A DNA stretch of 64,000 nucleotides from Alphaproteobacteria bacterium (GTDB taxonomy: Bacteria > Pseudomonadota > Alphaproteobacteria > Bin95): positions 512,001 through 576,000 of the forward strand of contig CBDBGH010000003.1 in the NCBI GenBank assembly GCA_965205265.1. Direction: 5' to 3'. Shown piece after piece: positions 19,071 to 26,769 of the stretch. The position numbers and the translations under genes were made by a program. The notes under the pieces are model-generated. The model ran no database searches and was not told the origin of the DNA. It worked only from the letters and a program-made list of their open reading frames with translations. Position 1 is the first letter of the stretch. The number at the start of each line of letters is the position of its first letter.

Positions 19071-20714
19071 ATGACGCGCAATCTCGACCCGATTACCGTC
19101 TCCGTGGTCAGCCATAGGCTGACGGCCATCGTCGAGGAAATGGGCGAGGCCATGCTGCGCACCGCCTATTCCCAGATTCTCAACTCCTCGCGCGACTTCT
19201 CCGCCGCCATCTGCGACCGCGACTGCCGGCTGGTCGCGCAGGCGGAGCATATCCCGGTCCATGTGGGCGCGATGCCCTGGGCGGCGAAGGCGGTCTCGGA
19301 CCGCTTCGGGGAGGACGTGTATGAGGGCGACCTGTTCGTCGTCAACGATCCCTATGCCGGCGGCGGCAGCCACCTGCCGGACGTGACGGTATTCGCGCCG
19401 GTGTTCATCGACGGGCGGCTGGCCTTCTGGACGATCAACCGCGCCCATCACAGCGATATCGGCGGTGCGACCCACGGCGCCTACAACCCCTCCGCGACCG
19501 AGATTTTCCACGAGGGGCTGCGCATTCCGCCGCTCAGGCTCTGGGAGCGGGGCCGCCCGCGCGACGACCTTCTGGAGATGATGGCGCTGAACGTGCGCCA
19601 CCCGCGCGACTTCAAGGGCGACCTGGCGGCGCAGATCGGCTCCGTGCGGCTGGGCGAAGCCCGGCTCCAGGCGCTGGTCGACACGTTCGATGCGCGCACC
19701 GTGATGGCGGCCTGCGAGGCGGTGCTGGACGGAGCCGAGCGCCGCTCGCGCGCCGAAGTCGCGACATGGAAGGAGGGCGTGTTCCACGGCGAGGCGTTTC
19801 TCGACGACGATGGCCACGGCCGGCATGACATCGCCATCCGCGCCACAGCGACTGTCCGCGCGGGCGAGGTCGCGGTGGACCTGAGCGCATCCGACCCGCA
19901 GAGCACGGCCTTCGTCAATTCCAGCCATGCCAATACGGTCTCGGCGGTCACGCAGTCCTTCGCCTATCTGATCGACCCGGAGATACCGAAAAACGAAGGC
20001 GCGTTCCGTCCGCTCTCGGTCAAGTTGAAGGAGGGGACGATCGTCTGGGCGGAGGACGGCCTTCCGGTCACCATGTGCACCTCGCATTGCGGCAACGAGA
20101 TCATCGAAGCCGTGATTACGGCGCTCGCGCAGTCCTGCCCGGCGCGCACCATGGCCGGCTGGGGCCGCCGGCTTCGCATCGCCATCAAGGGCCGGGACCC
20201 GCGCAACGGGCGCGGCTTCATCTGGCATATGTTCTATGCCCGGCCCGGCGGCGGCGGCTCGCCGGGCGGGGACGGCTGGCATTCGGTCGGCGAGTGGCAT
20301 TCCGCCGGCGGGTTGAAATTCGGCAGCGTCGAGGTGGCGGAGGTCCGCTTCCCGCTGCATATCGCGCGCCACGAGTTCCGTCCGGGCTCCGGCGGCGCCG
20401 GGGAATATCGGGGCGGCTGCGGGGCCGAGCTGGAACTGCGGGTCGAGACGGAAGAGCCGGCCGTCGCCAACACGGCCGGAGACGGCGTGCGTTATGGTGC
20501 GCGCGGCATTCTCGGCGGCGGGGACGGGCTGCCGCACCGCTATATTCACCACGGCTCCGGCGGCGGCCGCGTGCTCCCGAGCAAGCAGGTCGGCATCGAG
20601 GTCGCGCCGGGCGACGTGTTCGAAGTGCTGTCGGGCGGCGGCGGCGGCTGGGGCGATCCGGCGCGCCGCACGCCAGCCGCAGCGGAGGCCGACCGGCTGG
20701 ACGGCGTGGCCTGA
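19071..20714 (+). CDS. Hydantoinase B / oxoprolinase subunit
   Basis: LDPIT, RTAYS, DFSAA, IPVHVG, NDPY.GGSHLPD, AHHSDIGG, GSGGAGEYRGG, GGGGWGDP. Confidence 0.95.
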   Translation: MTRNLDPITVSVVSHRLTAIVEEMGEAMLRTAYSQILNSSRDFSAAICDRDCRLVAQAEHIPVHVGAMPWAAKAVSDRFGEDVYEGDLFVVNDPYAGGGSHLPDVTVFAPVFIDGRLAFWTINRAHHSDIGGATHGAYNPSATEIFHEGLRIPPLRLWERGRPRDDLLEMMALNVRHPRDFKGDLAAQIGSVRLGEARLQALVDTFDARTVMAACEAVLDGAERRSRAEVATWKEGVFHGEAFLDDDGHGRHDIAIRATATVRAGEVAVDLSASDPQSTAFVNSSHANTVSAVTQSFAYLIDPEIPKNEGAFRPLSVKLKEGTIVWAEDGLPVTMCTSHCGNEIIEAVITALAQSCPARTMAGWGRRLRIAIKGRDPRNGRGFIWHMFYARPGGGGSPGGDGWHSVGEWHSAGGLKFGSVEVAEVRFPLHIARHEFRPGSGGAGEYRGGCGAELELRVETEEPAVANTAGDGVRYGARGILGGGDGLPHRYIHHGSGGGRVLPSKQVGIEVAPGDVFEVLSGGGGGWGDPARRTPAAAEADRLDGVA

Positions 20715-20729
20715 GCGGGCCGGCGGCCG

Positions 20730-20802
20730 GTGATTGGTGGATAGTGGTTGCAGGCGGGCTCCGTTCGCACTATCCACCAGCCACTGACCACTAGCCACTG
20801 GC
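20730..20802. repeat. Heptamer-repeat hairpin
   Basis: GTGATTGGTGGATAGTG (20730-20746) pairs with CACTATCCACCAGCCAC (20768-20784); right arm is five CAC-N3-C heptamers (20768-20802). Confidence 0.7.
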
Positions 20803-20810
20803 GACCGCCC

Positions 20811-21170
20811 ATGGAAACCTGGATTACGCTGGCGCTGGTCGTTGCGCTGGCCGCTCTCATGATCGGCATGATCCGCTCGCTGCGCGGCGACTTGGGCAAG
20901 CGCATCGACGGCGTGGACAAACGCATCGACGAGACGCGCAGCGACTTGGGCAAGCGCATCGACGGTGTGGACAAACGCATCGACGAGACGCGCAGCGACC
21001 TGGGCGGTCGCATCGACAGGGTCGAACAGCGCATGGACCGCCTGGAAGCCGGACTGGTCGAGGTGAAGGAGGGCCTGGCCGAAGTGCGCGGCGAACTCAG
21101 GTTCGTGCGCGACTACATCCTGCGCCGCAACGCCCCGGCGGAAGAGCCGCCGGCCGCGCCGGCGGAATAG
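20811..21170 (+). CDS. Small membrane-anchored coiled-coil protein with internal 18-aa repeats
   Basis: N-terminal hydrophobic helix (WITLALVVALAALMIGMI), then DLGKRIDGVDKRIDETRS x2 plus a partial copy. Confidence 0.75.
   Translation: METWITLALVVALAALMIGMIRSLRGDLGKRIDGVDKRIDETRSDLGKRIDGVDKRIDETRSDLGGRIDRVEQRMDRLEAGLVEVKEGLAEVRGELRFVRDYILRRNAPAEEPPAAPAE
20889..21018 (+). repeat. 54-bp tandem repeat, ~2.4 copies, inside CDS
   Basis: GACTTGGGCAAGCGCATCGACGGYGTGGACAAACGCATCGACGAGACGCGCAGC at 20889 and 20943 (one synonymous difference); partial third copy from 20997. Confidence 0.95.
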
Positions 21171-21188
21171 GCCAGCGGACATCGGCCC

Positions 21189-22238
21189 ATGCAACTCGCA
21201 GCCAGACGCTATGAGGTCGCCGACATGATGGCGGCGCAGGAATTCTACCACAGCCGGGGCTGGACGGACGGCCTGCCGGTGGTGCCGCCGACGGAGGACG
21301 CCGTCGAGGCGTGCCTGGAGTGGGCGGGCCTCGTGCCGGACCACCTGGTGGGCGTAGAGCCGGTGCGCGCCCGCGCGGTCACGGCCGAGAAGCTCGCGAT
21401 CAACGCGGTCATGGCGGGTTGCCTGCCGATGCACTTCCCGGTCGTCGTCACGGCCTTCACGGCGATGCTGCAGGAGCCGTTCCTGCTGCATGGCGCCACG
21501 GCCAGCACGGGCGGCTGCGCGGTGCTCGTCGTCGTCAACGGGCCGTTGGCGGCAGAGATCGGCATGGATGCGACCTTCAACGCGCTCGCCTCCAGCGACC
21601 GGGCCTCGATGGCGATCGGCCGCAGCCTGCGCCTCTCGCTCATCAACATGATGGACGTGCGGCCGGGCGCCATCGACCGCTCGGTGCTCGGCCATCCGGG
21701 CAAGATCAGCTATTGCCTCGCCGAGGACGAGGCGGGCTCGCAGTGGCTGCCGCTCGCCGAAGAGCGCGGCATGCCCGTCGGCGCTTCCTGCGTCACCGTC
21801 ATGGCTGCCGGCGCGCCGCGCCAGCTGATGAACGAGTGGACGACGGTTCCGGAGGAAATCCTCGACACCTATGCCTCCGAGATCCGCGCCAACATGCGCC
21901 ACTACTCGATCTGGCCGGGCAATTACGCCATCGTCGTGCCGCCGCAATTGCGCGCCCACTTCCATGCGGCCGGCTGGTCCAAGGCCGATGTCCGCGCCTA
22001 TTTGTTCGAGAAAGCGCGCATCCTGCGCTCGGAATGGGCCGATTGCGGCAAGGGCGCGGTGGTGCGCGACCGGGGCGGTTCGGAATATGCGGCGCTGTCG
22101 GAGCCGGACGACCTGCTGGTGATTGCGGCCGGCGGCCCGGCGGGTGGTTTCGGCGCGGTCATCCCGCCCTGGCTCGGACCCAAGAGCCGGGCGGTCACGG
22201 TTGCGATCGGCGCCTGCGTCGATTGCGAGATTCCATGA
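21189..22238 (+). CDS. Uncharacterised partner of the UGSC (seleno)protein, C-terminal CxxC
   Basis: GWTDGLPVVPPT, EKLAINAVMAGC.P, VNGP, IGRSLRL, GHPGK motifs; ends IGACVDCEIP. Confidence 0.85.
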   Translation: MQLAARRYEVADMMAAQEFYHSRGWTDGLPVVPPTEDAVEACLEWAGLVPDHLVGVEPVRARAVTAEKLAINAVMAGCLPMHFPVVVTAFTAMLQEPFLLHGATASTGGCAVLVVVNGPLAAEIGMDATFNALASSDRASMAIGRSLRLSLINMMDVRPGAIDRSVLGHPGKISYCLAEDEAGSQWLPLAEERGMPVGASCVTVMAAGAPRQLMNEWTTVPEEILDTYASEIRANMRHYSIWPGNYAIVVPPQLRAHFHAAGWSKADVRAYLFEKARILRSEWADCGKGAVVRDRGGSEYAALSEPDDLLVIAAGGPAGGFGAVIPPWLGPKSRAVTVAIGACVDCEIP

Positions 22239-22267
22239 GTTCGGACGACACGAGGAGAGAGAACGGC

Positions 22268-22792
22268 ATGCAGATACTCGATCCGTCGCATGAGGAAGGG
22301 GCCGAGGGCTTTGCGCCTGCGGTCCGGCTTGCGGCGCTGGAGGGCGCGACCGTCGGGGTGATCTCCAACGGCAAGGAGGGGACGAAGGACTTCTTCGCCG
22401 CCTTCGAGCGGGTGCTCAGGGACCGGTACGGCGTCGGCGAGGTCGTGCTGCGCACCAAGTCGAACTACAGCGCGCCGGCCGACAAGGGCCTGCTGGAGGA
22501 AGCGAAGAGCTGGGACGCCCTCGTCGCCGGCATTGGCGATTGAGGCAGCTGCTCGTCGTGCAGTTTGCATGACGCGGTTGCCGGAGAGCGGATCGGGGTG
22601 CCGTCGGCCGGCATCATGACGGAAACCTTCGTGAGCGCGGCGGAACTGATGGCGCGCGTGCTGGGCGCGGAGGACTACCCCTTCGCGGTGATCGAGCACC
22701 CGATCAGCAGCGCGGACCGGGCGATGCTCGCCGCCCGCGCCGAGCGCGCCGCTGCCGACTGCGCGCGGCTGTTGCTGGCCCCGGACGGGTAG
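22268..22792 (+). CDS. UGSC family selenoprotein (Sec at TGA 22541-22543), 174 aa
   Basis: Frame continues across the TGA: ...LVAGIGD-U-GSCSSCSLHDAVAGERIGVPS...; GAGGAG RBS; both halves look coding; hairpin immediately 3' of the UGA. Alternative start at 22235. Confidence 0.85.
22545..22568 (+). promoter_or_regulatory. Candidate bacterial SECIS hairpin
   Basis: GCAGCUGC-UCGUCGU-GCAGUUUGC stem with one bulged U, directly after the in-frame UGA; geometry is not identical to the E. coli fdhF SECIS. Confidence 0.45.
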
Positions 22793-22889
22793 GAGAGCGG
22801 TCCCGCAAGGCCGGCACAGACCATGACACCGGCGGAAAATCCGGGCTAGGCTCGCGCCACTCGTATAGTTGCTGCAGACGGGAGCCGGC

Positions 22890-23648
22890 ATGGGCAGGTT
22901 CGATGGCAGGGTTGCACTGGTCAGCGGCGGGGCTCGCGGACAGGGCGCGGCAGAGGCGCGAGCCTTTGCGGCGGAGGGCGCGGCGGTCGTTTTCGGCGAC
23001 ATCCTGGAGGAGGAAGGCGCGGCCGTTCAGGCCGGCATCGAGGCGTCGGGCGGGGCTGCGGCCTATATGCATCTGGATGTGACGAAGGAGGACGACTGGC
23101 GCCGTGCGGTCGGCTACGCGACGGACACGCACGGCCGGCTCGACATCCTGGTGAACAATGCCGCGATCGTCATTGCCCGCGCGGCCATCGAGCATCGCAC
23201 GGTGGAGGAATGGGACCGGGTGCAGGCGGTGAATTCACGCGGCGTCTTTCTCGGAACGAAGCATGCGATACCGGCGATGCGGGCTTCCGGCGGCGGTTCG
23301 ATCGTCAATATCGTGTCGGTGGCCGGCATCGGCCAGTCGACCCATCAGGAACCCGCCTATGCCGCAAGCAAGGGCGCGGTGCGGATATTCACCAAGGTAA
23401 CGGCGGCGCAGCATGCCGTGGACCGCATCCGCTGCAACGCGGTGCTTCCCGGTCCGATAGACACCGAAATGCTGCACAACGCGTTGTCCGACCCGGCGGT
23501 GCTGGCCGAGCGCGTGTCCCGCGTCCCCATGGGGCGTATCGGGACGATCGACGAGGTCGTTGCGGCAGTGCTGTTTCTGGCATCGGACGCCGCCTCCTAC
23601 ATGACCGGCGGCGAAATAGTGATCGACGGCGGCGCAACCAGCATGTAG
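22890..23648 (+). CDS. Short-chain dehydrogenase/reductase
   Basis: SGGARGQG, LVNNAA, YAASK, PGPIDT. Confidence 0.93.
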   Translation: MGRFDGRVALVSGGARGQGAAEARAFAAEGAAVVFGDILEEEGAAVQAGIEASGGAAAYMHLDVTKEDDWRRAVGYATDTHGRLDILVNNAAIVIARAAIEHRTVEEWDRVQAVNSRGVFLGTKHAIPAMRASGGGSIVNIVSVAGIGQSTHQEPAYAASKGAVRIFTKVTAAQHAVDRIRCNAVLPGPIDTEMLHNALSDPAVLAERVSRVPMGRIGTIDEVVAAVLFLASDAASYMTGGEIVIDGGATSM

Positions 23649-23665
23649 CCGGCCCGGCTGCCGCG

Positions 23666-24925
23666 TCAGATCGCTCCCTCGCGGCGCAGGCCGTCGATCT
23701 CGTCCTCCGGGAAGCCGAACTCGGCCAGCACCTCGTCCGTGTGCTCGCCGATGAGCGGCGGCGGGCGGTCGGTGCCCCGGCCCGTGTTCGCGCCGTGGAA
23801 GGCCAGGTCCACATAAACGCCCTCGCCGCCGCCCAGCGCCTCCTGCCGCGCGACCGGCCGGAAGGTGCCGCGATGGGCCAGCTGGCCGTCCTCGCAGACC
23901 TGCGGCACGGAGGCCACCCGGCTCGCGGGCACGCCGGCTTCGGCGAGGCGCGCCTCCCATGTGCCGGCATCGGCCGCCGCCAGCGCCGCGGTGAACGCCT
24001 TGCGGAGCGCATCCGCATTGGCGATCCGGTCGGGAAGGGTGGCGAAGCGCGGGTCGTCCGCGAGGTCCGCGAGGCCGAGCGTGCGGGCGAACGCGACGAA
24101 CTGGCCCTGGGTGGGCGCGGCGACCATCAGGAAGCCGTCGCCGGTCGGGAAGGCGTCGGAGGTCGGGTTGTCGGTCTGCGACCTGTTGCCGTTCGGCCGG
24201 GGCTCCTGCCCGTTCACCTGCCAGAAATTGATCGTCGGCGCCATGATGCCGACCGCGGTGTCGAGCATGGAAAGGTCGAGATGGTCGCCCGCGCCGGTGC
24301 GCTCGCGGTGGTAGAGCGCGGTCGAGATGGCGAAACAGGCCTGCGTGGCGGTCGCCATGTCGGTCAGCCAGTACCCGGTCTTGAGCGGCTCGGCGCCGGC
24401 CGCGCCGGTGACCGCCATCATGCCGGAAGCCGCCTGGATGGAAGGGTCGTAGGCGGCGGCGGGCGCACGCGGGCCGGTTTGCCCGTATCCGGATATGGAG
24501 CAATAGACGAGGCGCGGATTGACCTGCTTCAGCGCGTCGTAACCGAGGCCCATGCGGTCCATCGTGCCGGCCTTGAAGTTCTGGACGAGAACATCGGCGG
24601 ATGCCGCCAGCCGGCGCACGACATCGACTGCGCGGGGATGCTTGAGATCGAGCGTGAGGGACCGCTTGCCGGCATTGACGGACAGGAACAGGGTGGACAT
24701 GCCGGCTTCGGCGAGGCGCGGGTCCGTCGCCGGACCGAGGCCGCGGCCCTGGTCGCCGCCGGCGCGGTTCTCCACCTTCACGACATCGGCGCCGAGCAGG
24801 GCCAGCTGCTGGGTGCAATAGGGGCCGGCAAGCACCTGGGTGAAATCGATGATGCGCACCCCCTCGAGCGGCCGCCTCGCCGCTCCGTCCCGCGTTTCAC
24901 CGGCGGCGTTCTCCGTCCCGGTCAT
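23666..24925 (-). CDS. Class III CoA-transferase (CaiB/BaiF)
   Basis: PLEGVRIIDFTQVLAGPYCTQQLALLGADVVKVE, NAGKRS, SISGYGQTGP, TDMATA, PPLIGEHT. Confidence 0.93.
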   Translation of the reverse strand: MTGTENAAGETRDGAARRPLEGVRIIDFTQVLAGPYCTQQLALLGADVVKVENRAGGDQGRGLGPATDPRLAEAGMSTLFLSVNAGKRSLTLDLKHPRAVDVVRRLAASADVLVQNFKAGTMDRMGLGYDALKQVNPRLVYCSISGYGQTGPRAPAAAYDPSIQAASGMMAVTGAAGAEPLKTGYWLTDMATATQACFAISTALYHRERTGAGDHLDLSMLDTAVGIMAPTINFWQVNGQEPRPNGNRSQTDNPTSDAFPTGDGFLMVAAPTQGQFVAFARTLGLADLADDPRFATLPDRIANADALRKAFTAALAAADAGTWEARLAEAGVPASRVASVPQVCEDGQLAHRGTFRPVARQEALGGGEGVYVDLAFHGANTGRGTDRPPPLIGEHTDEVLAEFGFPEDEIDGLRREGAI

Positions 24926-24997
24926 CCTGCATCTCCCTTCATTGCCGGAATCCGCTACATATACCCGTTCCATACCTGAGAACGGAGACCCGGCCCC

Positions 24998-25951
24998 GTG
25001 ACAAGCGATCCCCAGACCCGGCCGCGCTATCTCGGCCTGCCGACCTTCATGCGCCTGCCCTATGCGGAGGATGTGGGCGGGGCCGATATCGCCGTGCTCG
25101 GCGTGCCCTTCGACGGCGGGGTGAGCAACCGGCCGGGCGCCCGGCACGGGCCGCGCGCGGTCCGCGACCTGTCCAGCATGGTCCGCAAGGTCAACCAGGC
25201 GACCGGGGCCGCGCCCTTCGATGCCGCGCGAATCGTGGACGGCGGCGATGTCTGGACGGAGCGGGTCTATCGGCTGGAGGACGCCCATGCCGACATCCAG
25301 GCGGGATTCGCCAAGGTGCGCGAGGCGGGCGCCGTGCCGCTCTCGGTCGGCGGCGACCATTCGATCAGCCTGCCGATCATGCGCGCGCTCTTCTCCGGCG
25401 GGCCGCCCGTCGGCATGGTCCATATCGACGCCCATTGCGACACGGCCGACGACGACAAGGGCTCGCGCTTCCATCACGGCGCGCCCTTCAGCCGCGCGGT
25501 GGAGGAAGGGCTGCTGGACCCGAAGCGGACGGTGCAGATCGGCATTCGCGGCGCGCTCTTCGATCCCGACAGGTGGAAGTTCAGCTACGACGCGGGCATG
25601 CGCGTCGTGCCGATGGAGGAGGTCTATGAGATCGGCCCGAAGGGCGCGGCCGCCATCGCGCATGAGGTCGTCGGCGACGGGCCGACCTATCTTTCCTTCG
25701 ATATCGACTGCCTGGACCCCGCCTTCGCGCCCGGCACCGGCACGCCGGAGATCGGCGGCTTCAGCACCGCCGAGGCGCTCATCCTGCTGCGCCGGCTGGC
25801 CGGGATCGACTTCGTCGCGGGCGACCTTGTGGAAGTGTCGCCGCCCTTCGACTCGGCCGGCATCACCGCGCTTGCCGGCGCCAATATCCTGTTCGAGATC
25901 CTGTGCCTGCTGACGGCTTCCCTCGAAGCCCGGCGCAGAGCGGCGGGGTGA
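24998..25951 (+). CDS. Agmatinase / ureohydrolase family
   Basis: GVPFD, RPGARHGP, GGDHSIS, HIDAHCD, SFDIDCLDPAFAPGTGTPE. Confidence 0.93.
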   Translation: MTSDPQTRPRYLGLPTFMRLPYAEDVGGADIAVLGVPFDGGVSNRPGARHGPRAVRDLSSMVRKVNQATGAAPFDAARIVDGGDVWTERVYRLEDAHADIQAGFAKVREAGAVPLSVGGDHSISLPIMRALFSGGPPVGMVHIDAHCDTADDDKGSRFHHGAPFSRAVEEGLLDPKRTVQIGIRGALFDPDRWKFSYDAGMRVVPMEEVYEIGPKGAAAIAHEVVGDGPTYLSFDIDCLDPAFAPGTGTPEIGGFSTAEALILLRRLAGIDFVAGDLVEVSPPFDSAGITALAGANILFEILCLLTASLEARRRAAG

Positions 25952-25961
25952 GGGGAGGCGC

Positions 25962-26729
25962 ATGGGCGAGGGAAGGTTTGCGGGGCGGACGGCGCTCGTG
26001 ACGGGCGGCTCGCGCGGCATCGGCCGGGCGATCTGCGTCCAGCTTGCCAGGGAAGGCGCCTGGGTCGCGGTCAACTATGCGGAGAGCGCCGATGCAGCAG
26101 CCGAGACGCTGGACCTGATGCGGGCGGCAGGCGGGAAGGGCGCTGTCTTCCAGGCCGATGTCGCGTCCTGGGAGGCCACCTCCGCCATGTTCGACGCCGT
26201 CGAGGCCCGGCGCGGGCCGGTGGACCTGCTGGTGACCAATGCCGGCGCCGCCTCGTTCCAGGACGATGTGGACATGCCGCTGGAGCTCTGGCGGCGCATC
26301 CTCGCGGTCAATATCGACGGCGCCTTCCACTGCGTCTGGCGCGCGAAGGAGGCCATGCTGGCGCGGAAGGACGGGCGCATCGTCTGCATCTCCTCGATCC
26401 AGGGCCTCGCGCCGAGCCGCATTCGCCGCGACCGGCTGATCGCCTACGGCACCTCGAAATCGGCGGTAATCGGCTTCGCGCGCAACTGCGCCGTGGCCTT
26501 CGGCCCCGACATCAGGGTGAACTGCGTGGCGCCCGGCCTGATCGACACGGACATGACGAAGGACATGAGCGACGAAATGCGCGCCCGCATTGTCGGCGAG
26601 ACGCCGGCCGGGCGCACCGGCACACCGGAAGATGTCGCGGAACTGACCTGCTTCCTGCTCAGCGACGCCGCCAGCTTCATCACCGGCCAGACCTATGTGA
26701 CCTCCGGCGGCCTCGTGACCTTGCCGTAA
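25962..26729 (+). CDS. Short-chain dehydrogenase/reductase (FabG-like)
   Basis: TGGSRGIG, TNAG, YGTSK, APGLIDTDM. Confidence 0.93.
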   Translation: MGEGRFAGRTALVTGGSRGIGRAICVQLAREGAWVAVNYAESADAAAETLDLMRAAGGKGAVFQADVASWEATSAMFDAVEARRGPVDLLVTNAGAASFQDDVDMPLELWRRILAVNIDGAFHCVWRAKEAMLARKDGRIVCISSIQGLAPSRIRRDRLIAYGTSKSAVIGFARNCAVAFGPDIRVNCVAPGLIDTDMTKDMSDEMRARIVGETPAGRTGTPEDVAELTCFLLSDAASFITGQTYVTSGGLVTLP

Positions 26730-26769
26730 CCCGGACCTCCAGCGAAAGCCTCCGGAGCGGGAGCCTGGG

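Noticed and set aside
20889-21018. Tandem repeat as CRISPR or DGR template/variable repeat
   Set aside because: Head-to-tail in-frame coding repeat without spacers; no reverse transcriptase or adenine-specific variation.
19041-21965. 974-aa minus-strand ORF and many other long antisense or alternative-frame ORFs (e.g. 35957..38371, 57690..59678, 58772..60709)
   Set aside because: Shadow ORFs of high-GC coding regions; R/A/G/P-rich with no motifs, and opposite well-supported genes.
22541-22543. TGA as a simple nonsense mutation or true stop
   Set aside because: It falls exactly at the U of a UGSC motif with a 3' hairpin and both halves intact, so Sec read-through is more parsimonious (though unproven).
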